The notes below the pieces were generated by a model that was not told the origin of the DNA, did no database searches, and saw nothing but the letters and a program-made list of their open reading frames with translations. Source: an uncultured delta proteobacterium (GTDB taxonomy: Bacteria > Desulfobacterota > RBG-13-43-22). Taken from it: a stretch of 64,000 nt of DNA. The translations under genes and the position numbers were made by a program. Shown piece after piece: positions 51,901 through 61,949 of the stretch; within the stretch, counting starts at the first letter, position 1, and every line of letters starts with the position of its first letter. The stretch lies in assembly GCA_963802945.1 (NCBI GenBank), contig CAWDKY010000017.1, forward strand, positions 224,001-288,000, read 5' to 3'.

Positions 51901-53061
51901 ATGGAAGACAGAAAAAAAATAAATGTTCTTTTTATAATAGCTGACCTTAAAATCGGCGGTGCGGAAAAAGTACTGTTGAACCTTGTTAATAATTTAGATG
52001 CTCAAAAATTTAAGGCCGTCATTTTTTCACTCGGTGCACCCGATGATCCCCTTGTTAACTTGATTCGGCCTGAAGTGCAAAAAGAAGTGTATCCAAGGAA
52101 ATGGCGCTATGATATGTCGCCAGCTAATGAACTTATTCGTATTGTTGAAGAAAAAGAAATTGAAACGATCATTTCTTTTGGACTATTTCCTGCAATTTAT
52201 TGTCGTAAGGTACTCATTCGCCGGCCTTCTTTACAATTGGTGATATCGATCCATTCGACGAAACCAAGGAATCTAAAAGATCTTTTTCAGAAATATATCA
52301 TTCCTCGCCAACTTCCTTCAAATACAAGATATATTGCAATATCTAATAATCAGAGAGAATATTACGTAAGGAAGTTTTTCATAAATACAAATCGTTTCCA
52401 TACTATTTTTAATGGAGTGGATTCAACATTTTGGTGTCCTGCTCATAAAGCATTTGATAGAAAACTTAATCGTGAAAAATGGGGTATCCCTGAAAATGCT
52501 ATTGTAATTACCAATGTATCACTTTTTCGTCAAGAGAAACGGCATGACCTAATGCTTCAAGCTTTTGCCCGGATTCAAAAACAAAAGAATCTAGTTCCAA
52601 TATATCTACTTCTTGTTGGGGGCGGAAACGAAAAATATGAATCTAATATTAAGAAATTAGCACAAAATTTAGGAATTGCGAAAAAGGTCATATTTTCAGG
52701 GATACAATCTGATGTCCGTAGTTTTTATTGGTTGTCTGATATGTTTACACTTGCGTCAACGGAGATTGAGACATTTTCTTTAGCTGCGCTTGAAGCAATG
52801 TCAACAGGCTTACCTTGTGTTCTAACGGAGATTGGAGGAGCGAATGAAATGATAAGACCTGGAATAAATGGATTTCTTGTAAAACCCGGTTCTATTGATG
52901 GGCTTGTCAATGGGTGGGAGCGATGCATTCAAAGGCTTCCATTGTTTGATGCTAATAAAATACGTGATATCATCGTGAACCAATTTGATTTAAGGAGTTG
53001 CGTGCATAATTATGAAAAATTTTTACAGGAAATCGTTTCGCTCGAAGTTAAAGGAAGATAA
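51901..53061 (+). CDS. GT4 glycosyltransferase (AT-rich)
   Basis: GGAE, IFNGVD, EKRH, ETFSLAALEAMSTG. Confidence 0.92.
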   Translation: MEDRKKINVLFIIADLKIGGAEKVLLNLVNNLDAQKFKAVIFSLGAPDDPLVNLIRPEVQKEVYPRKWRYDMSPANELIRIVEEKEIETIISFGLFPAIYCRKVLIRRPSLQLVISIHSTKPRNLKDLFQKYIIPRQLPSNTRYIAISNNQREYYVRKFFINTNRFHTIFNGVDSTFWCPAHKAFDRKLNREKWGIPENAIVITNVSLFRQEKRHDLMLQAFARIQKQKNLVPIYLLLVGGGNEKYESNIKKLAQNLGIAKKVIFSGIQSDVRSFYWLSDMFTLASTEIETFSLAALEAMSTGLPCVLTEIGGANEMIRPGINGFLVKPGSIDGLVNGWERCIQRLPLFDANKIRDIIVNQFDLRSCVHNYEKFLQEIVSLEVKGR

Positions 53062-53158
53062 TAGAAAAATATATTATAACGAAAAACGCCAAGACCACGT
53101 CAATCTTCCCGGCCGTTCGGTAAGAGGCGAAATGATCAACGATAGCAGAGAGCCTCAA

Positions 53159-54637
53159 CTAGACATTCAACTTTTGTTTAATTCTTTCAATAAAAAGTCT
53201 GGGATGGCCGGAATAATATCTAAATTTTCTGAGATAGGAATTATAAGAGGCTTTCATTTTTTTGTTATGTTTATCTACAATTTCTGCTAAACTTTGGACT
53301 AATTGAAAATATTTTTCCCTGTCAATGTTCTTACAAAAATAATTCTCAAGCGATTGGTGAGAGTATTTGGACCAATCCAACTTCGTATCAATCATGCCCA
53401 TTTCTTTTGCCCTTTCATAACTTTCGCATCCTGGATAAGGAGTAAAAACAGAGAAACAAAGCGTGGTAGCAGTTGAATTTTTTGCATACTCAATTGTTTT
53501 TAATATATCTTCTTCCGTCTCCTCAGGAAATCCCACCATAAGAAAAACACCATAATTCATATTATGTTTAACTAAAAGGGAAAAAGCCTGGTAACATGTC
53601 TCCATGGTAATGTTCTTCTTAATTATATTCAACATTCTATTACTCGCCGTTTCTAAACCAATATCAATTGAAAAACAACCAGCAGCTTTCATTTTTGAAA
53701 GCAATTTGTCATCAAGAAGATCTGCTCGTGTTGTGCATTCCCATGGTAAATTGATTTTATTTGTAATAATTTTATCAAGTAATTCTTCTGTTCGACTCCT
53801 ATTCACTGTAAAACTGTCATCCCAAAAAAAATAAGAAGGGATTGCATATTTATTTTTCAACATAATTATCTCTTCTATTACATTATCCACATCACGATAT
53901 CTTACTTTTCTAGTCCAAGTAGTTTTCGCACTACAAAATGTGCAGTCATAAGGGCAACCTCGACTGGTTATAATAGACGAGATATTATCTTTTGAATACC
54001 GATTTATCCCAAGGAAATCTTCTCTGTCAGGAAAGGGGAAATTGTTGATGTCCTTCTCTAACGGTCTGTCAGCATTATGAATTATTTTCCCTTCAACCTT
54101 AAATGACAATCCTTCAATTTCAGTAAAAACATTTTTGTTGGACCTGATGGTTTTACATAATTCATGAAGCGTGTGCTCCCCCTCTCCCCTAACAACAAAG
54201 TCAACTATATTAAAGGATAGTAGTTCATCGGGTGCTATAGTTGCATGAGGTCCTCCTAAAACCACCTTACACCCAGAATCGTATTCCTTTGCTATTTGCG
54301 CAACCTTAATTGCGCTAGGAAGTTTGGCGCTCATAACAGTTATGCCGATAACTTCAGGTTTTGATTTTGAAATTATTTCTGCAATCTCGGACCAGATTTC
54401 ATGGTGATCGTTGTCTAAGGCCTCAATATACATGGGGTGCCGGTTCAATAACTCATTATAAGATGGTGAGGAAATATTCTCCTTTTCTCCTTCTTTGGGT
54501 AAATCGGCATTGTAAACTGACGCAGATATATCATTTGTTTTCAAATATCGGGTAAGGTATCCTAACCCAAGAGGAATATAGGCCATATTAATGCCCATGA
54601 ATCTCATATAAGGGGGATTTATTAATAGAATTTTCAT
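53159..54637 (-). CDS. Cobalamin-dependent radical SAM protein (AT-rich)
   Basis: LINPP..PLGLGYL, LGGPHAT, VRGEGE, TSRGCPYDCTFC, GLET, PYPG. Confidence 0.92.
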   Translation of the reverse strand: MKILLINPPYMRFMGINMAYIPLGLGYLTRYLKTNDISASVYNADLPKEGEKENISSPSYNELLNRHPMYIEALDNDHHEIWSEIAEIISKSKPEVIGITVMSAKLPSAIKVAQIAKEYDSGCKVVLGGPHATIAPDELLSFNIVDFVVRGEGEHTLHELCKTIRSNKNVFTEIEGLSFKVEGKIIHNADRPLEKDINNFPFPDREDFLGINRYSKDNISSIITSRGCPYDCTFCSAKTTWTRKVRYRDVDNVIEEIIMLKNKYAIPSYFFWDDSFTVNRSRTEELLDKIITNKINLPWECTTRADLLDDKLLSKMKAAGCFSIDIGLETASNRMLNIIKKNITMETCYQAFSLLVKHNMNYGVFLMVGFPEETEEDILKTIEYAKNSTATTLCFSVFTPYPGCESYERAKEMGMIDTKLDWSKYSHQSLENYFCKNIDREKYFQLVQSLAEIVDKHNKKMKASYNSYLRKFRYYSGHPRLFIERIKQKLNV

Positions 54638-54678
54638 TATTGGACCTCCTTAGCATTTATTTCCATTTAGATTAAAAA

Positions 54679-54819
54679 TTGAACTTGCAATTCCCCGAAT
54701 CTTGATGCGGGGATACCAATTAAGTCCTCTCCCATCAAGGGAGAGGATTTAGGTGAGGGTGAAATTGAAATAAGATTTTTATCCTCTGATACCCCGCAGC
54801 TTACTGCGGGGAGGTTCAT
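54679..54819 (+). mobile_element. IS200/IS605-type palindromic element, copy C (same ends, different core)
   Basis: gaacttgcaattccccgaatcttgatgcgggg ... gataccccgcagcttactgcggggaggttcat. Confidence 0.65.
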
Positions 54820-54986
54820 TTTTAGAACTGATAACTATTAAATTTTATGTTAGTTTCCATATTTTTACCACTTTACTGGAAAAGGTGTCATTTAGTTAGA
54901 AAAATTTCTATTGAAGCGGAACATAATCGAAAATTATTTTTGCAATAATACAGGGGAAGAGCTTTACATTATTAATTTATTATGCT

Positions 54987-56040
54987 GAGGTACTTTCAAA
55001 ACTCCAGAGAAGTGAATAAAAAAAGACACAATATTCACAGGAGTAGTCATTCTCTTAGTAGTTTTGCAATTTCTCTGTTTAAAAGATAGTTTTTCTGGCA
55101 ATTTCTTAAAATTTAGAGAGAGATATCCTTTGTACCTGTATGATCTCTGTTCTTTGACAATTAAGTCAGGTTTCCAGTTTGGGCAATTGATCTGCAAAGA
55201 TGGTGATGACTCCGAACAGAAGATGCAGCTTTACCTTTTCTGCTCCTCGAACCATGACATTACGGCCTCCAAAATATTCTTTCAATCGGCCGTTGAACCA
55301 TTCCGCCGTTGCCCGTTCATTATATCTTCTGACCTCATGGGGAGTCATGGGGATAACGTCCTTACCGCGAGAATTCTTATCGATTATGGGTACATGTCCC
55401 AGAGTTCTTCTGACTTCATAGATAGATCCAGCGTCATAAGCCGAATCCCCAAATCATAAAGATAAACCACTTTGGAACTGGACAACTTCATTAACGGTAT
55501 AGCTATTTGGCTGTCGTGGAGCGATGCTGCGGTCAAGACAACACTCACCGCTAATCATTGACATCGGCCTGGAGTTTATACTCGACCTAGGTCTCTTTGT
55601 ACCCCTTAGAGTTCTTATTGGTCCCTACATCACAGTAAACCGGTAATTCTTTTAGGGCTTTTTCGGCGGAACCTAATCAAGCGTTTGTCTTACTTCTTGG
55701 CTACAAAAGCCCGGGCTATCGCTTGTCGCTCAAGAATCTTTCTCCCCATCCATTGATTTAAAGAACTCCGGGGTACATATCTTTCAATCTTAACCAGTTT
55801 CCATATCGTCAGAAGGCGTTGCTCCTTTTTAGTTAAAGGCTGTTCCCAACATTCTTCTAATTCCGAAAATAAACCTTGTTGCAATCTACCCCTCAACCAT
55901 AATATTTTTTCCCAGAGCATCATCGGTGTCTCCTGTGTTTTTTTGTGTTCTTTCTAGACATCATTTTATCACAGAACCGCCGGTGTGGCTCACCCTTTAT
56001 GCTTATCTATTCCCTGCAAATAGACTTTTGCAACAGGCTC
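54987..56040 (-). mobile_element. Decayed IS (IS1182/IS5-like DDE transposase pseudogene)
   Basis: Fragments GR..ERQAIARAFVAK and YNER..AE.FNGRLKE.FG...VRG..KV..HL. The end GAGCCTGTTGCAAAAGTC lies at 56040, with an imperfect partner at 54987. Confidence 0.75.
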
Positions 56041-56162
56041 ATTCTTTTTGGGGATTAAATTGCTAATGCTGGCTTGTAAGCACCATAACAAAATCAGGAC
56101 GTCTTTTCAAACACTAATTACATTAAAACAATTTATTATAGTCTGGTTATTGGGTTCGAAAT

Positions 56163-56287
56163 TTTAACTCGTAATTCCCCGTAACTTGCTACGGGGCACC
56201 AAAAAGGATGAGTTCGAGAAACCCTTGGTTTCTCGATTAAAGAAATTTAGCATTCGATACCACGCAGCTTGCTGCGGGGAGGTTCAA
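56163..56287 (+). mobile_element. IS200/IS605-type palindromic element, copy B
   Basis: Left hairpin ccccgtaacttgctacgggg; right hairpin ccacgcagcttgctgcgggg followed by aggttcaa. Confidence 0.7.
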
Positions 56288-56349
56288 TTTAAAGCAAAAA
56301 ATTTCGATGGGAGATAACATCAATATTTGTTAAAATAAGTCCACGGCAA

Positions 56350-56832
56350 TTGAAATTCCCAAAGATCCTCGTAGATATATGGCCGTGCATGGAGGTTGGT
56401 CGGTTTGGCCATCCTCCGCCGACTCAAGAGGAAGGATTCAACCGGATTCTGAGCGTTACCCGGGATCAATTGGATCTGCGTGAACAGGGAGCGGTGAATT
56501 AGTAGTTCAGGGCCAATCGACCGGAATTTGTCTTATTGGTGGCTGGCACCGTCGGGGGGATTTTGGCTAAATACCACCAGGCCGGCGGAATTTATTTATG
56601 ACAATATGATGATCCATGCCACCGTAGTCCTTACGGCTTATTTTTTTAAAGTCAACAAACTCCTTTATCTCGGGAGCTCCTGCATTTACCCTCGGGAATG
56701 TCCGCAGCCCATTAAAGATGAATATCTTCTAACCAACCTTTTTGAGCCGACCAACGAGTCCTGTGCCATTGCCAAGATCGCTGGCATAAGCTCTTCCAGG
56801 CCTATCACCGTCAATATGGTTGTAACTTCATG
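56350..56832 (+). pseudogene. fcl: GDP-L-fucose synthase remnant
   Basis: LDLREQ, PAEFIYDN, LLYLGSSCIYPRECPQPI, EPTNE..AIAKIAG; frameshifts, a stop and 3' truncation. Confidence 0.85.
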
Positions 56833-57161
56833 CCTGGAATTTTCTTGGCCCGACGTTTTTGGTAAGAAACAAATTATTTTATTGATTTTAAAGGATTGAA
56901 AACTTATACTGAATTTTAGCGCAATATTTTTCTCGATTACGAAATCGCTAGTAAAAACTTTATGTCCGCAAGCATGACTCACGAAACATGAACATTAATT
57001 AAAGGAATCAAGGATTCAAGTGAAAAGCTTGGAAATTAAAACCCTTGAATCCTTGACTCCTTGCCCCCTTTTTTGCACTATTCAACTGTGATTCCATGTC
57101 GATAAAAAGCCTCTGCAGAATAACACATCGGAGCTTTGTTACTTTGGATTAAGGAGATACC

Positions 57162-58454
57162 ATGGAGATCCTAATCATTCTTCTACTCATGATATTTAAC
57201 GGTTTATTTGCCATGTCTGAGATGGCCGTGGTTGCTTCTCGGAAGGCCAGGCTTCAGCAGTGGGCCAATGAAGGCAACTCACGAGCTCAAATAGCCTTGA
57301 ATCTGGCCCAATCCCCTAACCGTTTTTTATCCACCATCCAGGTGGGTATAACGCTGATCGGCATCCTGGCCGGGGCCTTTGGCGGTACGACCGTGGCCAA
57401 GTCTTTGGAGTTTTATGTAAAAGGGATTCCCTGTCTTGGACAATACAGCCAAGCCATTTCACTGGGGGGTGTGGTCCTTGGAATTACCTATCTCTCCATT
57501 GTTATCGGGGAACTGGTTCCCAAAAGGATGGCCCTAAACAATCCCGAACGGATTGCCTCGTTTATGGCTCTTCCTCTACGATGGGTATCCGATGCCACCC
57601 GCCCTTTGGTTCAGGTATTGACCATTTCTTCTGACTGGATTTTAAAACTATTTGGTTATCAGCCTTCCCTGGAGCCGTCCATCACGGAAGAGGAAATAAA
57701 AATCCTGATCGAGCAGGGCACCCGAGACGGGGTTTTTGCTGAAACGGAAAAAGATATTGTCAAAAGTGTTTTTCGTCTGGCCGATCGTCAAGTCGGTGTT
57801 CTGATGACCCCCCGTCTGGAGATCGTTTGGCTGGATCAGAATGCCCCTATAGAAGAGAATCGGCTGAAAATCATGGGAAATCCTTATTCCCGTTTTCCTG
57901 TAGTCCAAGGCAGTCTGGATAATGTCTTGGGGGTGGTACGGGCCAAGGACCTGCTGGCCCAGGGACTCTCCGGACGACCAATGGATTTGAAGGAAAAAAT
58001 GAGTCCACCGCTTTTTATTCCGGAAAATGCACCGGCCATGCACCTTTTGGAATTGTTCAAAAAATCCCGTCCCCACCTGGCATTGGTGGTGGACGAATAT
58101 GGTGGAATTCAGGGTCTGGTGACTTTGAATGATATTTTAGAATCCATAGTCGGAGAAATCTCCTCTCAGGATCAGTCAACGGAGCCACAGGCAGTTCAAA
58201 GAGAAAATGGCACCTGGCTGATAGACGGGATGATACCTATTGATGAATTTAAAGAGCTTTTTGGCCTGGAACAGTTGCCTGATGAGGGTAGCGGGCACTT
58301 TCAGACCTTGGGCGGTTTTATAATGATGCAAATGGGAAGAGTTCCAAAGCCCGCCGAACATTTCCAATGGGGAGACTTGCGTTTTGAAGTGGCCGACATG
58401 GATGGGAAACGGGTGGATAAGGTCATCATAACCAGGGAGCAAGACAAAGGATGA
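57162..58454 (+). CDS. CNNM/CorC (TlyC, HlyC-like) membrane protein: DUF21 + CBS + CorC
   Basis: NGLFAMSEMA, STIQVGIT, GELVPK, MTPR, VVDEYGG, TLGG. Confidence 0.93.
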   Translation: MEILIILLLMIFNGLFAMSEMAVVASRKARLQQWANEGNSRAQIALNLAQSPNRFLSTIQVGITLIGILAGAFGGTTVAKSLEFYVKGIPCLGQYSQAISLGGVVLGITYLSIVIGELVPKRMALNNPERIASFMALPLRWVSDATRPLVQVLTISSDWILKLFGYQPSLEPSITEEEIKILIEQGTRDGVFAETEKDIVKSVFRLADRQVGVLMTPRLEIVWLDQNAPIEENRLKIMGNPYSRFPVVQGSLDNVLGVVRAKDLLAQGLSGRPMDLKEKMSPPLFIPENAPAMHLLELFKKSRPHLALVVDEYGGIQGLVTLNDILESIVGEISSQDQSTEPQAVQRENGTWLIDGMIPIDEFKELFGLEQLPDEGSGHFQTLGGFIMMQMGRVPKPAEHFQWGDLRFEVADMDGKRVDKVIITREQDKG

Positions 58455-58464
58455 AGTTCAAAGT

Positions 58465-58656
58465 TCAAATTTTTTTCTCTTCATATTCCCGTTCTTTTTG
58501 AGATTCATTGATCAGACATTGGGACCGAAATTTGCAGTACAGGTTGGGGTCGTTACAGAACACCCCTTCCTCAAAACACTGTCGGCAGTAAGCAATCTGA
58601 TATTTTTGACAAGGGAAGGTCCCTTCCCTATCTGGATGGGTTCGGCAAGCAGGCAT
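58465..58656 (-). CDS. Small Cys-rich putative zinc-binding protein (B-box-like)
   Basis: MPACRTHPDREGTFPCQKYQIAYCRQC...C.DP..YCKFRSQC. Confidence 0.65.
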   Translation of the reverse strand: MPACRTHPDREGTFPCQKYQIAYCRQCFEEGVFCNDPNLYCKFRSQCLINESQKEREYEEKKI

Positions 58657-58844
58657 AATAGAAATATATTTTATCATAACTTCCAGGACAAAGAAAATGG
58701 ATTCGTGGCCGGACTTTCTCATTTCTTTCTTTTTTCGTTTTGACAACTTATGAAAATCCCTATATAATCCTTCAAAAAATAATTAATTTAAACAAAGTAG
58801 ATAGACGAAATAGAACAAATGACCAGACAGACGTAATCAAAGAG

Positions 58845-59546
58845 ATGCTTTTATCCATTATCATTCCGGTATATAATGAAACATTAACCTTAGGGGGCTT
58901 GGTTGAAAAGGTTCGATCTGTAGATCTATCCCTCTTGAATATAGCTACAGAAATTGTCGTCATCGACGACTGCTCCCAGGACGGTACCCTGGAGGTGGCT
59001 CGAAAGCTGGCCGAAGAAGGGAAGATCCGGTTAATAAAGCATGATAAAAATCAGGGTAAAGGAGCAGCCCTGCAATCGGGGTTTCAGGGGGCGAAGGGAG
59101 ACATTATTTTGATCCAGGATGCCGACTTGGAGTATGACCCCGAAGAATATCCTAAATTGTTAAGACCCATCATGGAAGGTAAGGCCGACGTTGTTTATGG
59201 TTCCCGCTTCACGGGTGGAGAGCTCCACCGGGTTCTCTTTTTTTGGCATTATGTCGGAAATAGGTTTCTGACCCTTCTATCCAATATGACGACCAACCTT
59301 AATTTAACTGATATGGAAACCTGCTATAAGGTTTTTCGGTCCGAGGTGCTTAGGTCTATCTCCCTGAAGGAAAAACGGTTTGGTTTCGAACCTGAGGTGA
59401 CAGCCAAAGTCGCCCGGTTGGGATGCCGGATTTATGAGGTTGGAATTTCATATACCGGACGGACTTATAATGAAGGGAAAAAAATCAATTGGAAAGACGG
59501 TGCCCGGGCCCTGTGGTGTATTATAAAGTATGCTGTTATTAAATAA
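58845..59546 (+). CDS. GT2 DPM1-like glycosyltransferase
   Basis: IIPVYNE, DDCSQDG, NQGKGAA, QDADLEYDP, TDMETCYK, GFEPE. Confidence 0.93.
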   Translation: MLLSIIIPVYNETLTLGGLVEKVRSVDLSLLNIATEIVVIDDCSQDGTLEVARKLAEEGKIRLIKHDKNQGKGAALQSGFQGAKGDIILIQDADLEYDPEEYPKLLRPIMEGKADVVYGSRFTGGELHRVLFFWHYVGNRFLTLLSNMTTNLNLTDMETCYKVFRSEVLRSISLKEKRFGFEPEVTAKVARLGCRIYEVGISYTGRTYNEGKKINWKDGARALWCIIKYAVIK

Positions 59547-59650
59547 TGACAGAAGGATTCGATGGGGCCAGTCACAACTCTGGCGGGATTGAATCCCCGA
59601 ATCCTTGAACTCTTTCTCCCAACAATTTGGGAGAAGAACCAAAGGTTTTT

Positions 59651-60661
59651 ATGAAATACGTATTAGTCACCGGCGGGGCCGGATATATCGGGAGCGTGGT
59701 CTGTCAAACCCTCCTGGAAAGAGGGCACTCCCTAATTATTCTCGATAGTCTGGAAGAAGGGCACAGAGAAGCCTTACCGCCAAAGGGGATTTTTTTCCAG
59801 GGCGATCTGGGGGATGAAGCCCTTTTACAAAAGATTTTTGATTCCTATTCCATTGGTGCGGTGCTTCATTTGGCCGCCTATTGCCTAGTGGGGGAATCGG
59901 TCCAGGATCCGGGAAAATACTATTGGAACAATACATCCAAGGGGCTGGTTCTCTTAAAGGTCATGAGGGCCTTCGGGGTCAAGAAAATAGTCTTTTCCTC
60001 CACGGCGGCCGTCTATGGGGAACCCCTCTCTATCCCGATTGTGGAAACGCACCCGACCCAACCGCTAAATCCCTATGGGCACTCTAAACTCCTCTTTGAA
60101 CAGATCCTGGATTGGTATCAAAAGGCCTATGGATTAAAGTACGTCACCTTCCGTTATTTCAACGCTGCCGGGGCCATAGACCGGCTGGGAGAAGATCACC
60201 ATCCGGAAACCCACCTCATTCCCCTGATTTTTCGCCGGGCACTCAGAGAAGTCCATGGATCATTGGATGAAAGCATTGAAGAACCTCTGACGGTTTTTGG
60301 TTTGGACTACCCGACCCCGGATGGAAGCTGTCTGCGCGATTATATCCATATCCGGGACCTGGCTTTGGCCCATGTCTTGGCCCTGGAAAGATTGGACGCT
60401 CTCCAAGAGCGGATTTTTAATTTAGGAAACGGCCAGGGCTTTTCGGTTTTAGAGGTGATTAAGACCGCCGGCCGGGTTATCGGACAGGGAATTCCCTATC
60501 ATCCAGGAGAGCGCCGCCCGGGAGATCCGGCTGTGTTGGTGGCTTCTTCAGATCAGGCTCGTAAAATTTTGGGTTGGGAGCCCCAGTATCCGGAGTTGAA
60601 GGAAATTATAGCTTCCGCCTGGGACTGGCATCAAAAATTTCCAAAAGGCTATAAAAATTAA
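59651..60661 (+). CDS. galE: UDP-glucose 4-epimerase
   Basis: GGAGYIGS, FSSTAAVYG, PYGHSK, RYFNAAGA, GEDHHPETHLIP, DYPTPDG..RDYIH. Confidence 0.95.
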   Translation: MKYVLVTGGAGYIGSVVCQTLLERGHSLIILDSLEEGHREALPPKGIFFQGDLGDEALLQKIFDSYSIGAVLHLAAYCLVGESVQDPGKYYWNNTSKGLVLLKVMRAFGVKKIVFSSTAAVYGEPLSIPIVETHPTQPLNPYGHSKLLFEQILDWYQKAYGLKYVTFRYFNAAGAIDRLGEDHHPETHLIPLIFRRALREVHGSLDESIEEPLTVFGLDYPTPDGSCLRDYIHIRDLALAHVLALERLDALQERIFNLGNGQGFSVLEVIKTAGRVIGQGIPYHPGERRPGDPAVLVASSDQARKILGWEPQYPELKEIIASAWDWHQKFPKGYKN

Positions 60662-60665
60662 AAAA

Positions 60666-60840
60666 GGATTTCAGGGGTCAAGAAGATTTTTAGTATAAGG
60701 TTCAAGGTGCGGGCTCAAGTTTAAAGGTAATGTAAGAAATCCTTCCCCCAATTCTCTTAAATATTGAAGCTTAAACCTTGTGCTCTACGCCTTGAGTCCT
60801 TTGCTTTAAACCCTGAGCCTTGAACCTTGAACCTTGAACA
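60666..60840. repeat. Inverted arrays of degenerate 7-8 bp tandem repeats (largest example of a dispersed family)
   Basis: ggttcaa/ggctcaa units face ttgaacc/ttgagtc units. Similar arrays occur near 25521, 48278, 50668, 57003, 59555, 63449 and 63568. Confidence 0.8.
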
Positions 60841-60854
60841 TGTAAAGGATTTTT

Positions 60855-61949
60855 ATGAATCCATCCAAAGTAGCCGTTCTAAAAACCAAACCAGAGACCG
60901 TTTTCAACGATATTCAACGGCTGTGCGAATTGGCCGATCTGAAAAAACATCTTGACCCGGCTCGTCCGGTCATCCTCAAAGATAACATCTCCTGGCATTT
61001 CCCATTTCTGAGTGCCAATACCACTCCCTGGCAGTTGGAAGGGATAATTTTAGCTCTAAAGGAAAGCGGTTATAAAGATTTAGTGGCGGTCCATAATAAA
61101 ACCGTGGTCACCAATCCGGATAAAGGGGGCAGACTCAACAAACTGACACCCATCTATCAAAAATACCATATTCCGGAACTCTATAATTTCAGAAAAGATC
61201 AGATTCGCTGGGTGGTCTATCAGCCGAAAGCCCGCATGAAAGCCCTGAAAGGGATTTTTACCCAAGGGATCTGTATTCCCGAATTCTTTATCGGGAAAAA
61301 CATCGTGCACCTTCCTACAGTTAAAACCCACATCTATACTTCCACTACCGGGGCCATGAAGAATGCCTTTGGCGGTCTGCTGAATACTAAACGCCATTAC
61401 ACCCACAGTGTGATCCATGAAACCCTGGTGGATCTCCTAGCCATCCAGAAGGAAATCCATTCCGGGATCTTCGCCTTGATGGATGGAACCGTTTGCGGCT
61501 CCGGCCCTGGACCAAGGACCATGACCCCGGTTGAAAAAGACTTTATGCTGGCTTCTGGAGACAGTGTAGCCATTGATGCGCTAGCTGCCAGGATGATGGG
61601 TTTTTCTCCCTTAACCCTGCCCTTTATTCGTTTGGCCCAGGAAGAAGGTCTGGGGCAAGGAAGATTTGAAGACATCGAAGTCCTTGGGGACGATGTATCC
61701 AAAGAAAATTTCGGTTTTCAAGTCGGAGATAACTTCGCCAGTAATATTGGGGACTTGCTGTGGTTCAGTCCTTTTCGTAAATATCAAAAGCTTTTTTTCC
61801 GTACCCCATTAGTTTACCTCTTTATCTTTGGCTCCTTTTTTTATCATGATTTCATCTGGTGGCCTTTCAAGGGCAAAAGCCTTATGAGAAAATTGGAAAA
61901 GGAATCCAAATGGGGCAGGTATTTTTCGACCTATCCTGACCTTCCTTAA
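60855..61949 (+). CDS. DUF362-domain protein
   Basis: LK.N, LPTVKTH, TGAMKNAFG, DG..G.GP, D.VAIDA...MGF. Confidence 0.8.
   Translation: MNPSKVAVLKTKPETVFNDIQRLCELADLKKHLDPARPVILKDNISWHFPFLSANTTPWQLEGIILALKESGYKDLVAVHNKTVVTNPDKGGRLNKLTPIYQKYHIPELYNFRKDQIRWVVYQPKARMKALKGIFTQGICIPEFFIGKNIVHLPTVKTHIYTSTTGAMKNAFGGLLNTKRHYTHSVIHETLVDLLAIQKEIHSGIFALMDGTVCGSGPGPRTMTPVEKDFMLASGDSVAIDALAARMMGFSPLTLPFIRLAQEEGLGQGRFEDIEVLGDDVSKENFGFQVGDNFASNIGDLLWFSPFRKYQKLFFRTPLVYLFIFGSFFYHDFIWWPFKGKSLMRKLEKESKWGRYFSTYPDLP

Noticed and set aside
53074-53121. attC-like TTATAAC...GTTCGGT between convergent genes
   Set aside because: It is only ~48 bp with poor internal pairing, too weak to call.
57162-58454. Hemolysin toxin
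   Set aside because: The architecture is that of a CNNM/CorC Mg2+-transport-related protein; the hemolysin label is a legacy annotation.
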